Below, piece by piece: positions 12,631-25,499 of a DNA stretch of 64,000 nt (position 1 is its first letter; the number at the start of each line of letters is the position of its first letter). The translations under genes and the position numbers were made by a program. The notes beneath the pieces are model-generated. The model did not search any database. It worked only from the letters and a program-made list of their open reading frames with translations, and was not told the DNA's origin. The DNA comes from Takakia lepidozioides (Eukaryota > Plantae > Bryophyta), in the NCBI GenBank assembly GCA_030704615.1, contig CM060733.1, positions 1,798,001 to 1,862,000 on the forward strand. Direction: 5' to 3'.

Positions 12631-15600
12631 ATGGATGACGCCAGCCCTTCTGGCTCTATTGAAATGCCAGAGACTCAGCTGAAGTATTTGAAGATGCCCA
12701 GTCAAAAGGGGTTGGAAGTAGGGATGGATACAGACATTGAGGGAGTTGTGGAGGGATTGGGGCTGCCCACCAATCCTATGGTGACTGCCTTACTCACTGA
12801 TATGTATCAGATCACCATGGCTTATGCCTATTGGAAAGCTGGCAAACACAATGACCGTGCTGTGTATGACCACCCCTTTGCCCTCTCTCCCTCTAATGTG
12901 TGTGGTTTGGATGCATGGTCTTATTATATTTCTGTGCTGTGGTGTACCTCCTACATATCCTGGTGACATTTCTGCATCTCTCTTAAATCCTTCCCACTAG
13001 TAATTCCCAAGGCTCAAACAGTGATAGAGGGAAAAGTGGATCTGAAGTTTTGAAGAGCTGAAATGTGGGAACAGCCAAAAGGCTATGGATGCCATGTTTT
13101 ACATTATATCTCTGCCCCTTGCCTCTCTTCTCCCTTGTACATCCTTTGACTCCCCCTGGTTCCTAGAATGGTGTTGGATGAACTGTAATGAATTTACGAG
13201 GACAGGCCGTGAGAGGGGACCAAACAAGAGAACACACAAGAGGAATCCCGATGTAATTGCTAGATACAGCACTGCCCACTCTCACTTTTTCCGTCAGGTA
13301 CTATGTATGAATATTTGGTTTAAGGATAGTCTGGTTAAAAATTTGACGACTCTTTTGTCATTGGTATTGAACCGTTCATTGATATGAAGATTCGATTTGT
13401 TATTCCGGAAGAATCCTTTTGGTGGAGAGTACACTGTGTTCGCGGGGCTTGATGAATGCATACGATTTGCGGCCAATTATAGATTCAAGGAAGATGAGAT
13501 CACATACCTTCGTAGCATCTTACCTCCTACTTGTGAGGTGGGTTCTTCCGATTTCCTTGTGGATATTGCATCACTTGTATGCTTTCCATGCTGAGAGAGT
13601 CGAAGGTGGGAAGAAGAAACAAAATGATGGGGTTACCCAACTGCAATATCCAGAGTGTTCATAGGGCTTTTTGTCTGTGAGGTGCTATAACCCTTTCCCA
13701 CAGACAGACATATACGACCATTTTTTCAAAGTTAATACACTGCACCACCTAATTTTCTGCAGTTTGATTTGGGGAGTTGGGGAGGTTTTTTTTTTCCCCC
13801 CCCAGGGAAAGGGTGAACTTGCCTTTTCTTGCTCAGTCATTCCATGACAAGTCAGAAATCTGTGCATGATCAGGGTAGGCTCTTCTGGTTCTGTCATCCA
13901 ATTGTGCAGAGCTTGCACTGACTAATCGCTTTATTAATTGTATATAAGGAGTTGGGAGGGCAACTTTGACTACCTTACTGCAACAATCTCATCCTACTTA
14001 TAGAGGTTTCTAGAAAATCTGTATACAGGAGTTATTCTATTGGCAGATTTGTTCACAGAATCTACATCCCACATCATTTTCCGAAACGAAGCATGTAAGG
14101 GTAAGCTTGACTTGTGAAGGCTGCTCATTTTGCAGGAGGGATTCTTTGAGTTTTTGGAAGGAGTAGATTGCTCGGAGGTTGAGATCTATGCCATGCCCGA
14201 GGGTTCAGTGGTTTTCCCACGCGTCCCTTTGATGAGAGTTGAAGGTCCCCTTTTGGTAAGCTTTGCTTCTTATTATCTTGGCACATCATTTTGCTACTCG
14301 TAGCTCCTTCAACTCCACTCCTTCTTCACCCCACATAGTATGCAAATAGCAGTTTTACTACATTTTTAAGCTTTAGGGAGGGCGAGGGTGCCATTTACAT
14401 AACCTACAAATGTTGAATAAACTTACACTGTCTCTCGTAGGAGTGTCCCATGTTTCTGGTTCTGTATGTTTGTGGCAGGTAGCACAATTGTTAGAGACCA
14501 CATTTTTGACGCTTGTAAATTACGCGTCTTTAGTGGCCACCAATGCTGCAAGGCACCGTCGTGTTGCTGGCAAGAACAAGATTCTGCTCGAGTTTGGTTT
14601 GCGGCGCGCCCAGGCAAGGCTATTTCCCCCTTTCCCCTCAACCCCTTTTCTCTTCTCTCTCTCCCTCTCCCTTCTCTAACCCATGTGTCCAGTTTGTGGG
14701 ATGGTGGTGAAGGTTCCATCCAATTTGAGTGCAATGGATACATGTTTCTGAGAAGTGCTCTCTTTGCAAGCATAAGCACAATATTCCGCCAGTGTACCCG
14801 ACAAGAAAGAAAGAAATAAGAAAGAACTCACAATGAACATATTCCCTGCACATTTCCGGCATGTTTAGACTTCCGAGCCAATTTGGAAAGCTCGGTCCTC
14901 CGATTTTTTGGGATCTACCTGATAAAAGGACTTGTCTGGGTGAAAGGTGGAGGTGAGTGTACTACTGGCCTTAACCGTAAGGAATGTTCTGGGAGCCATC
15001 CTTTGTTCCTCTTCCCCTGCTGTCTTTTTTCTCTGCTCTATCCAGACGTGGTGTAGGTCCGTGGCCACAAGGCTATCACAAGCAAATCTGAATGAGTATG
15101 TCTCTTTGTGAGTTTTCATCTTTTAATCACAGAGACCTAGGTCCCCTGTCTCCCTCCAATCATGCCTCCCCTCCCCATCCTCTTCCACGCTCCCTTTTGT
15201 CAAACTGACCGCAAATAGTATTGTTAGGTTTTGAGATTGTGACCTTGGAGTTAGGCATGTACCACAAAAAGGGGTATAACGATAGTTTAATAGTTACAAA
15301 TGCTAAAGCAAATCTCTCATTTGCAACAGGGGCCAGATGGAGGGATCAGTGCTTCTAAGTACTGCTATTTGGGAGGATTTGATGCCACCAGGTCGGTCCA
15401 CTAGGATTTCACTGAAGGGTTCATCATTTAGTTTGTGTGTATGAGAAGAGACAAGTTTAATAGTCTTTGTCCCTTACTCTCTCCCTTCTTCTTCCCTCTT
15501 TTTCTTTGTCTGAAGGGTGACTTTTATTCAACTTTCTGTTAGCAATCAAATTGATTATGAGGACCATTTACAGGCAGGCATTGTGGGGGCTTTATTTGCA

Positions 15601-18600
15601 GCAATGTTGATGCAGGGCGACGATTTGGGATACCTGTCCGTGGAACACACTCTCATGCATTTGTATCGTCTTTCATGGAAAGTGTCCGACTCATTTTGTT
15701 TCTTCTAGAAGTCAATTCTGAAGTTCAATCTGTTAAGCTCAAACTTGCACATAGGACATCATTTGCAGCGGGAAAGTCAGGAAGCTCCATCCTGACATTG
15801 TCATTCCGCCAGATAACTGTCTCTAGCTATAGAACGTCTTCATACGAGCGACAGGGTAAATTCATGAGGGTTCTCTCTCCCTGTGTGTCTCCCCATGCCA
15901 ACATACTTTTTCTCTGAACAGTGGGACTGGAAGTCAGCCCCGCATCTGTCACCTCTGTTTCAAGCTAATGTCCAGAGAGTAGTGCTGGAATCAACGTTTG
16001 GTGATGCCTTTGCTAGCCCATAAATGAACAGTTAATTGTCTGGGACCAGATTTTTGTCAGCTGTGATGAGGTTCTCAGGTTGATTGTAAAAATCTAGCGT
16101 GAAGACGTAACTGATCGTTTTTCATTATCACTTGATGCAGAGTTTTGATGAGATCATTGAAAGATCACTTCCACATGTGAAAGGTGGTAAAATCTGTGAA
16201 GACTTTGTTGGTCTCACACAGCACTGGCTGGGCCGCATGCAGGTACCCCATTCCTCTCTGTAGATCTCTTTGCATATAGGGCTGTGTGTGATGGAGGGAG
16301 AGATGCACAGATCTGTCTTGCTGTCAGTTGCTTTTGCCTCTTTTCCTTCACCTGAGTAGCCTCTTGGTGCAACTTTTGTGTTTCTTTGCTCAGTGGCCCT
16401 GCTAGGGTTGGTTTCTCTTTGCCTGTTGTGTTCGGGGTTTTTGGATTGTAATGTTTGATCTTGGGTGTTTTCCCGTTCTTGAAGAATTTCAAAATATTAA
16501 GAGAGAAAAAGAAGAAAGAACTGGCCACCAGGCCCTGGGGGCTCATGTGAGAAATAGAACAACAAAAATCCCCCTTAAAAAGAGAGAGAAATCTCTTCAC
16601 TGAGATATCATCTGCATGCATATTTTCAAAGTTAACCAGGAAATTGGTAACACTTATTTCTCTTTCCCCCCTTCTCCCCCGGCCCTCCAATACATGAAGG
16701 AGGGGCTCTTATTGAAGCCATGAGGGCTTGTGTGCAATGCAGGAGGTACAAGCACTTAGAGGCTGGTTTCGTGACACCAATCATAGTGAGCTTGCCGCTT
16801 TTACCTCCTATGCGCTAGCATTTCCAACAACATTTCAAGCTCTTGTGGACACATATGATGTATGCCTCTCTCTTTCTTTCACTGTCCTCTGTCCTTTACT
16901 GTGCTTTTTTCTCTTGCAATGGGGAAGGACCAGAGGCTGTGTTTGCATGTTGCACGTTCGAACTTCAGTCCATACACAAGTCAGATTCCCTGTAAATCCA
17001 ATGCTGGCATCAATATTTTTTGTCACTTCAATTGTATTTAGTGTTACATAGTTCAGCTCCATCTTTCGAGCCCTAGTCCATGACCTCATCATTACTGACA
17101 AAACGTTTATGGAGGATATTCACTTAGCTTAAACCACCAAATCCACTTCATCAAATCACTGCGTTTTTGCTATTTTTAAACTATTGTATGTGAATGCAGG
17201 TCATGCGCAGCGGTGTTCCAAATTTTTGTGCTGTTGCTCTTGCTCTTCATGAACTTGGGTGCAACCTCTAACTAGGATGTCCACTTGTTCTTTGAATCTG
17301 CTCCTTGAATGACTTTGATCCACGTTTGCTTTGAGTGAGACTTCTTATCGACAGGTCCTCGTACCTGATTCTTGCGTGGGGCATGGTGGGGCCTCTATGC
17401 GCCTGGCATCCTGTGTTCTATTAATCTCACGTTGGACATTCTCACATCATTTTTGCACAAAGTTACAATGATGTGATATTCCAATCTTCACGTAACTACA
17501 GTTAGATCACTTATGACAAGATAACCAATGTGAAGGTTAAGTAAACACAATATAAACATGATCCCATTTCCTGCATGTGGACAGATACAAGGCTCTTGGC
17601 ATTCGCTTGGACTCTGGTGACCTTGCATATTTTTCTATAGAGGCGCGCAAGTTTTTCCGCACAATCGAGAAGGAATTTGGTGTGGCAGACTTTGGAAATC
17701 TCATTATTGTTGCCAGTAATGACATCAATGCGGATACCCTGGATGCCCTTAATAAACAGGTCTGTTAAGACGTTTGATTGATTGAATATCCTTTGAATAT
17801 AGTCATAGCTGTGTTCAATCTCCCACCCACTAGGGGGCCTCTTGTTTAGCTCATGCTATGCAGTGCAAAGAGCATCTCTCTCTCACTCCTTGGTTGGGGA
17901 CATCATGTAGTTCTTTTTCTTTTTCCTCTTTAGGTTTCCTATTGCTTTCTCTTTGTTATGTATGCTTATCCCAGGAGCTCTTTAGCCTTTCTTTGTTTTC
18001 TTCTTTCTGCCCACATGTTAGACGCAATTTCTTCTTTTCTTGTCTCTCTCCTTTTCCCATTGGGCCTCCCCTGGAGACAAATTTCTTACCTCTCTCCCAT
18101 GGCCCTTGGGCCCTCTTTGGTTGTTATAAAGTTCTTTCTTTCTTTCTGCACGGGAAGGGGGACATCATGTAGTGCGTTTTCTTTTTTCCTCTTTAGGTTT
18201 TCTATTGCTTTTTCTTTGTTATGTATGCTTATCCCAGGAGCTCTTTAGCCTTTCTTTGTTATAAAGCACCATTTCATTTCATTTCATTTGTTTTCTTACT
18301 TTCTGCCCACATGTTAGACGCAATTTCTTCTTTTCTTTTCTCTCTCCTTTTCCCTTCGGGCTTCCCATGGATACAAATTTCTTATCTTTCTCCCATGGCC
18401 CTTGGGCCCTCTTTGGTTGTTATAAAGTTTCTTTCCTTCTTTCTGCAAGGGAAGGGGGAAACACCCCAGATCGAAGTTCACATCTCTCTCTCTCTCTCCA
18501 TTTTGTCCCATAAGCTCTATGAGCTTTCCGCGGACGTTATAAAGCACCATTTCTCTCAATTTAAACTCAGGGCCGGGACCCTACCTTTGAACAGCAAACA

Positions 18601-20542
18601 AAAGCAGAGAGGAAAGGGCCTGTTGTGTGGGCAACCTGAAGATAATATTCATTTTCGTTTTCCGGGGTTTTCTCACCAGAGAGACGCTCTCTTGAAATCT
18701 ATCAAGGGAATTGTGCCTGTACCTCTGTTCACCAACTTTGAAAGTCTCGAGGCTGAGCCAAAAGCCCTGGCCCTTCTATGGCCTAGTTATTGGGCAAACC
18801 ACACACAGCAGGTTGATGCTTGTGTAAAGGGATTTCTAGAGGATATCTGGAAAACCCGGATCAATTGTTTATTCCAAGGTAAGTCTTACTACCGGCGTCA
18901 GCCCCTGACAAAGGTAGGTTCTGTCCCTTTGTGTTCCGCTCAAACTGGGCGCGGGGTCAATGGCCACAAGGCCACAGCAAGCAAAGTCTTACGAGTACAT
19001 TCTCTGTCTCTCGATGTTGATTCCTGGTATTTGGGCTTCTTGTTTAGGGCCCCTGCTTTGTCTTTTGATGCTTTCTTTTATCTGATAAGCTCTTCGAGGT
19101 CCAGTGGACGAGATGAAGTTTCTAACTTTCTCAGTCTGTCAACTTTCCCTCCCTCTCTTTTCTCATCCTCAGGTATATTCCTAGCTTATGCTGGCCATAG
19201 TATCTCTAATGGTGACCACCATGTGTTTTCCTTACTCGGGCATATTGGGGAGTGCCAGGGGCACGAGGTGGACACCTTTGGAATAGGCACGCATTTGGTG
19301 ACGTGCTTCATGCAACCAGCTCTGGGCTGTGTGTACAAACTGGTGGAGATCAGTGGGCAGCCCCGCATCAAACTCTCTGAAGACGTGGCCAAGGTTGCTG
19401 GCTCTGCTATCCCCCCTATATGTACATTTTGTCTTTAGAGGATGCCTTCCTGTCTGTTGTGGCACAAGAGACAAGGGGGTTTGGCAGGGATTTTATCTCA
19501 GGTCGCTGAACAAGTTCTTGCCGATGGTTGTAGGTGACAATCCCTTGCAAGAAACAGAGTTTCAGGCTCTATGGAAGGGAGGGCGTTGCCTTAGTGGACC
19601 TCATGATAGGAGAAGATGAACCCCACCCCCAGGCGTGTCTCTCTTTTTATGTTCCTTTTTTCTCATTTCTGCTTCTCCAGGAAAAAATTGCTCTTTCACA
19701 GGTGAATACTCGGTTCAAATTGCTGGGAAATTGAAGGAAGGAATTCAGGTAGGGTAGAAGATAATTGAGTGTGATGTTTATATTAGACATAAAGCTACAA
19801 GGTGTTGTACTTATCTTCTTAATAGAATCTGTAGCTAATGTGAACAGCCTGGGGAGCGCATTCTATGTCGGCATCCATTCAGTGAATCCAAGAGAGCATA
19901 TGTGGTGCCGTCACGTGTGGAGCCTCTCTATAAATGCTATTGGGCTGGCAAGTCTGGTAAGTTTGCTGCATTACTTAACATCTTGTCTTGTGCTTCCAAC
20001 AGTTACACCAAGGGTTAGTGCAGTATGATGGGAGTGTCTTCCCCTGGTTTCCTTTGGAAGACGACCCAAAACGACATTTTGTTCATGTAAGGCCAATCTT
20101 ATTCCACTTAGGTAGACCAAAAGTCGTCTCTTGAAGGTGAGATGGTCTGGCAGGTGTGTGTTTGGGCGGATTTTTCCATACTTAGAAGTGAAACCTGTGC
20201 ACCAATGCAGAGTATAGGGAGCCACTGCCATCGTTGGAAGAGCTTAAAGAACATTGCATGCAACAAATAGCCGCCATGCGAGCTGATCACATGCGGGCTC
20301 TAAACCCAACACCCTACAAGGTTCGCCTCCCTGTCCCTCTGCTTTTCCACCAGGAAGGGTAGGAAATGGACTTCTATCACGTCCTTGTATGCATTATGAG
20401 TCTATGGTGAGCATCACAGGCACAATCATCTGATGGTTTTGTGGGTGGGTGGTTGAGTTTACAGGTGAGTGTGAGCGGGAAGCTGTACGATTTCATTCAT
20501 TTTCTGTGGCTTAATGAAGCGCCCGTTGGAGAGCTGCAGTAA
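12631..20542 (+). CDS. NAPRT: Nicotinate phosphoribosyltransferase, 15 exons (12631-12863, 13390-13537, 14136-14255, 14479-14613, 15330-15391, 15602-15677, 16141-16242, 16743-16859, 17200-17258, 17585-17759, 19259-19393, 19534-19632, 19848-19956, 20211-20320, 20465-20542)
   Basis: Motifs [41 protein letters not shown] (phospho-His), [29 protein letters not shown] and GCVYKLVE, and the plant C-terminus [12 protein letters not shown]. Confidence 0.95.
17896..18460 (+). repeat. Tandem duplication (~263 bp period) of a pyrimidine-rich unit in NAPRT intron 10
   Basis: GGGGACATCATGTAG... starts at ~17896 and ~18158. The second unit has a LINE-B tail remnant, TATAAAGCAC(CATTT)n, inserted. Confidence 0.85.
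18498..19012 (+). mobile_element. LINE-B tail (18498-18555) directly abutting a 5'-truncated LINE-A copy (18556-19012)
   Basis: CCATTTTGTCCCATAAGCTCTATGAGCTTTCCGCGGACGTTATAAAGCACC is followed by sequence matching 7500-7965. Confidence 0.88.
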
Positions 20543-21381
20543 ATAGAGAATTTGTTTCATTTTACCTGGCCACCTACTTCCAATCTTAAATGACTCTCAT
20601 GTATATTTGCCCTGCTGAGAAATGCATTGATCTTTCCTTGGGCCTGTCAATCCTGGCCTCTTTCTCAGGATATCTGATTGGACTCTGGATAAACTGAAGA
20701 CTAATGCGTCTGACCCAAAAATTGCATTGCACCAGACAGCGCAAACCCTCCTTGCTAGAACAAGGGTCGAATTTCCAGTGTTTGTTTTATTTTACTGGTT
20801 GACCAATTCTGGCCGTCAAGAGGAACATTTCCACTCACACTTGTCAGTTGCCTTTTGTGGCGAAATAGTCGACTCCATTTGAGGAGGAATATCCAAGTGT
20901 CCAAGCTCCTACAATATTCTCAAGTAGCACGCACGCATGTTGTATGCATTTTATGAGTCAACTGGGTCACAGGCAGATGCCTGTGTCATATGCTAAGTGT
21001 GAGCTTGGATTGCAGCAGAAAACTCTCTGAGATTGCCATAGTGCAGGTCGTTTGCCCTGACTAGGCCAGTGTGGAACTTCCAAACCTCAGCCTTCTGATT
21101 TTCCAAGGCCCGAGCAAGTTGTTGTTGGGAAGAACAGAGAAGCAGACCGTCTCTTAGGCTGAACCGTACTTCAAAGCAAACAGATGCCAACCTAAAGGTG
21201 TAGACCTTCTGTCACCCAAATTCCGAGCTAAAATTAATCACTGAAGCACATCTTTGCAGCCAGATGGCAGGAGCAGCATGCCTGAAGTCATATTGGAGCC
21301 GTCTGTGGTGGATTTTGGGTGCAGATGTAAATCTAGTGTAGTGTGAATGTACGGGTGACAGAATTCTTGTCAAAGAAGTAA

Positions 21382-21797
21382 GGCCGGGTTTAGACTACGC
21401 CGAAACGAGCGGCTAAAATGCGATGGTGGTCAATGATTGGACGAATTTCAGGTTTTGGCCTGTGGATAGTTTAGACATGGCCGGTCAATGAAAAACTCCC
21501 AATCTAGGTGGCACTGCTGGATGCATATGTGGCACTTTTGAGCGGCCAAAACTGAGAACGAGCTTTTAGCTCATCCCAAGAATGGTCCAGCGGCCAAAAG
21601 GTTTCGCCGACGTTTTGCCAAGTGGTTACGTTTCAGATGGAGTGCAAGTCGTGGAGTACGCGATGGAGGCCGTCCAATAGTTGGCCGTCCGCGTTTTAGC
21701 CCGTCAACACTTTACACACGTTTTGTTCCACGTCATCCCAACAAGCGCCTGAGATGAGCGGCCAAAATCATATCATGGCCTATGTCTAAACCTGGGC
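21382..21797. mobile_element. PIF/Harbinger (Tourist-like) MITE
   Basis: Imperfect TIRs GGCCGGGTTTAGAC / GTCTAAACCTGGGC, TAA on the left, and repeated internal CGGC(C/T)AAAA motifs in both orientations. Confidence 0.7.
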
Positions 21798-21984
21798 TAT
21801 ATATATATACATATATAGATGCCTCCTGAAGGGAGCGTAAATTATGGTGTCTCCTCACCACAAGGGCTACTGCCTTCCAGCTGAAAGGTGGACACCTTCA
21901 TGACACACCAGACCGTGGTTTGAACCCACAACCACATCCAACGTGGTATGTGCCCATTACCACTGGGCTACATGCTGGTTGACC
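21798..21984 (-). mobile_element. tRNA-derived SINE, family C
   Basis: On the minus strand: A box TAGCCCAGTGG, B box GGTTCAAACC and a (TA)n tail. A homologous copy lies at 27802-27950. Confidence 0.8.
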
Positions 21985-22940
21985 TGGAGTTGTGTTCCTG
22001 AAAGCTTTTTGTTACTAGAGGAAGAGTGAATTTCTGGACTAAGGATGAATAAGTTAAGACAGTGGATGAGAAAGTTCATCCTTCTTCTTGTTCACGTAAC
22101 TTGGTTAAGGTGAGAACTGCTATTGGTCGAGCTACTGCTCCATTTAGGCCAGGAAGGGTGCGGCGAGTCTGACAGGCTCCTTTGCAATCTGGGCTTGATG
22201 AGATGCAAGAGTCGGCTGTAAACCTGCTTTGAGTTTCAGTATTTAGAAGGTTTATCTATCATAGTAGGGTGGTGATGGCCTGGGAGTTATGAGGGTGTGG
22301 AGCTCGAGTGATTGCCACTGGAGCAACCGGTGACAGTGTGGAGCAAGGGAGTGAGCGAAGGAGCGGACAGCTCGACAAGACGATAAAGGCAAGCTGAAAT
22401 ATCTCTGCAAGGGAAAATCACAGTATCTAGGTGGTGCGATCGTGATGTGAGGTCTTCTTTTTGCTATGACCTAGAACAACAGAGGATGCGGAAACCTAAG
22501 GAACTATGGGCTGTTTTTATATATAGGGCCCACCCCTGAAAAGGGACAGTAGCCGCAAGGCAAAGTGGCTCTTAATTCTGTCGGCTTTGGCTGGATTCTT
22601 CTCTCTCTGTCTCAAAGAGGTTATTTTCGCCTCTCACTAGGGGCCTGATTTGTGAGCAGTGGTTCCATATATTTCCCTTTAAACAAAAAAATATGTCTAT
22701 TAATGAAGTACTAAATACACATCAACAAACTCTATTACAAATACATATAGGTACATCTATTTAGTTGTATATTTAAAATATTTTAGATTTAAATGTGAGA
22801 ATTTTGATTCATGAAATTCTTTATAGAGAGAGCACCGACAAGGAGCAATAGCCATACAATGAAGTAGCTCTAGTTTCACCAGCTCTAGCAATAGTCTTTT
22901 TGTTTTTTTTGTTTTTTTCTTTAAAGAGAACAAGGGGCAC

Positions 22941-23092
22941 ATCGGCTGGTAGCTCAGCTGGTAAGTGCACGGTGTGTCCTCTTGGCCCATAAATGAAAGG
23001 GGGTTAATTTTCCCCCCTCCTCAAGGGCCTGAATTGTGGGCTGTCGCTCCCAGGTTTTCTTTTAAAAATAAACAAGGGACAGTGACAGTGGC
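22941..23092 (+). mobile_element. tRNA-derived SINE, family D, internally deleted
   Basis: A box TAGCTCAGCTGG. The 3' core TTGTGGGCTGTCGCTCCCAGGT is shared with 27290-27505 and 44872-45079. Confidence 0.72.
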
Positions 23093-25499
23093 CCTGAAAA
23101 CTTTAAGAGAGAGAAGATATACATGTCATGTCAAGACATGGACAAGACCACTAAGGTCATTGTCATTGAAAGACAAAGCAACCCTTTACAGGGCATCATC
23201 TAACAACCCCTTTTACCAACTCATTTGAACATCTTATAACTTTTCAGGGTATCTGAAAAAACAGGGTGGGAGGGCGGGATTCCTGGTCATTCATATCCTG
23301 AAAGCCCCATAAGTTGACATAAAGCATTCATTTTTTGTTGTTGACACGGGTCAAGCCTTACATAATCTAGTTCTTGAGCCATTCATCTTCCTAAAACAGC
23401 ATCCTGTGTAGGCGTGAAACTGATCTGTCAGTGCCAAGACACATGCAAGATTCATAAAGTAGAAGCGTGGCTGAGTTTTTTCAGGCACATGTAAGCCTGG
23501 ATAGTTATTCCAGGACTTCAAGATCAAAACTCTGCCATAGTATAAGGTAGGAAGCGCACAACATCTACCAGCAAGCAATTCTTGAAAACCAAAATACTGA
23601 TAAGGCCAGGTCTGAAGGTGCTTCAGTGCCAAGTCATAAGCCAGATTTCTAACAAAACAAAACATAGGGCTGAGTACCCTCAAGTAGATATGGGCCTGGA
23701 GTGGTATTCCAGGGCCTCATAACAAGCTCTGCTAGTTAAAGAAATGAACTCAGAAACCATTGTCCCCTATCATGCAATGAAATAGTGGTGATATAAGAGC
23801 CTTGAAGAATGTTTGTTATCACAAGGTCTATCTTCTGATCCATCAGAGCCAGGCCATGGTGTTTCATTTCAGAGCTTAGTTTCCATGCTGCCAGAGCTAT
23901 AGCCGCAGCCATGTACCTTTGTTGAAAACAGCCAGAGCCTTCAACAGAGATTTTGTTCTCTATGAAGTCCCTTGTGTGTCTTAACTCCAAAACATATAGA
24001 AGTGGTTATCAAGAACCAAAAACAGGGATAAGGAGTAAGAAGGTGATCCTCATTAGAGCAGACTTGAAGCCGATTTGAGGCAGCAAGATGGCAGATTTGA
24101 AACAACAGTCGGTATCAGCAGCTTCAGGCGGTAGCAGCAATCCCTTATGCATGAATCAGACTCTGCAAGCTTCAATAATTCAAGACAAGTGAAGACCCTC
24201 ACCTGTGCCCGTCCCAAAAACCACCACATAGAGATGTGTGTTAGTGAGGATGCATCAGGTGAGTGGCAGGTTTTCACAGTTGCTATCCATGTCAGTGTTG
24301 AATTCTAAAGCATGTACAAATCGTAATCCAAGCAAGGGTACACTCAAAAAAAAAAAAACCTTGAGTGTTTGTGGTATGCCCTGCGCCATGGCGTCCAGTA
24401 GATGTCTCCAGCAGAACGTAATCAAAGTAGAAGTGTTCACAGATAGAGAGTAGCTCATACAGAAAGAGAGCAACATGTAATCTGTGGCTAAGTAGGGGTG
24501 GAGTACTTCCCAACGAGGAGTAAGAGCGCCGCTGCGAATTTAACAGAATCATAAATTTCTGAGCAGAGCGATCACTGCATTGTCGACTGCCAGAGAGGAA
24601 TCTGTCTATCTGCCAATGCGCATCCCAAAAGCCAGCCATCACGAGTACCATGTAGCCGCAAGGGAGCAGGTTTACACGGCGCATCATCAAGGATCATAGA
24701 AGCACGAGTTCTGTGCTGTGAAATATGTCGGCCCGTTTAGGGCACAACTTCCCAATTTCTCATCCAGGGTGGATGAAAAATCACATTTTAAAGAGATGCA
24801 CTTTGTTAATGGATGATATCCCATAAAAAGGTATCTTAGGGTTACGGTATAGGCTTAGGTTTAGTAACTGCCATCATTTATGATGGTACAAATTACTACC
24901 TCTTGGATTTTTAGAATAGGTCACCATTATTCATGTATTTCATCCAGTTTAGATGAAAGAAGCAAATAGTAAGTATCATGGCCAAATGAAATCCAAAAAG
25001 TTATAGAGGGAGAGGGAGAGAGGGAGAGAGAGGGGAAAAAATAACCTCTGAAAACAGACCATGAGGATGAAAAAGGGGGACACAGCCCCGTGACCAGTAA
25101 CCTAACAAAGCTACGAGGAACTGAAGTCCCGAGCTTAAAGAGGACCAAAACTAGGAGTCTACTCAGAGAAGGATCAGTGTCTGGTGGAAGTCGAAGGAGA
25201 GATGGGCTTTGGATTTGCCCTTCCTCAGCGTGCGTTTGTGGCGCCAATTCACATCAAATTCCTCAAGCTCTGCCGACTACTGCGCACTAGTGGAGCTGCC
25301 AACATGCCGGGAGGCAGTTGTGCCAGACAATCAACTGTCCTCATTCTTGTGCACAGTTGTCCTCACTTTTCCCAGGAGTTATCAAACCCAAGGAATAGTT
25401 GCATTCGCCTTCCTTGCGCGCATCTAGCAACGGCTGCACACAAAAGCCCCCAAGCTTTCCTTGCTTCAGACATAATGTCTGAGTGAACAGAAGCATCTC

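Noticed and set aside
18221-19438. 405-aa ORF suggesting a LINE-NAPRT fusion
   Set aside because: Chance read-through of stop-poor pyrimidine repeats and LINE fragments into NAPRT exon 11. A normal acceptor exists at 19258.
23230-24720. Several 70-130 aa minus-strand ORFs that might be a gene or pseudogene
   Set aside because: No recognisable motif or consistent exon chain; a BLASTX search would be needed.
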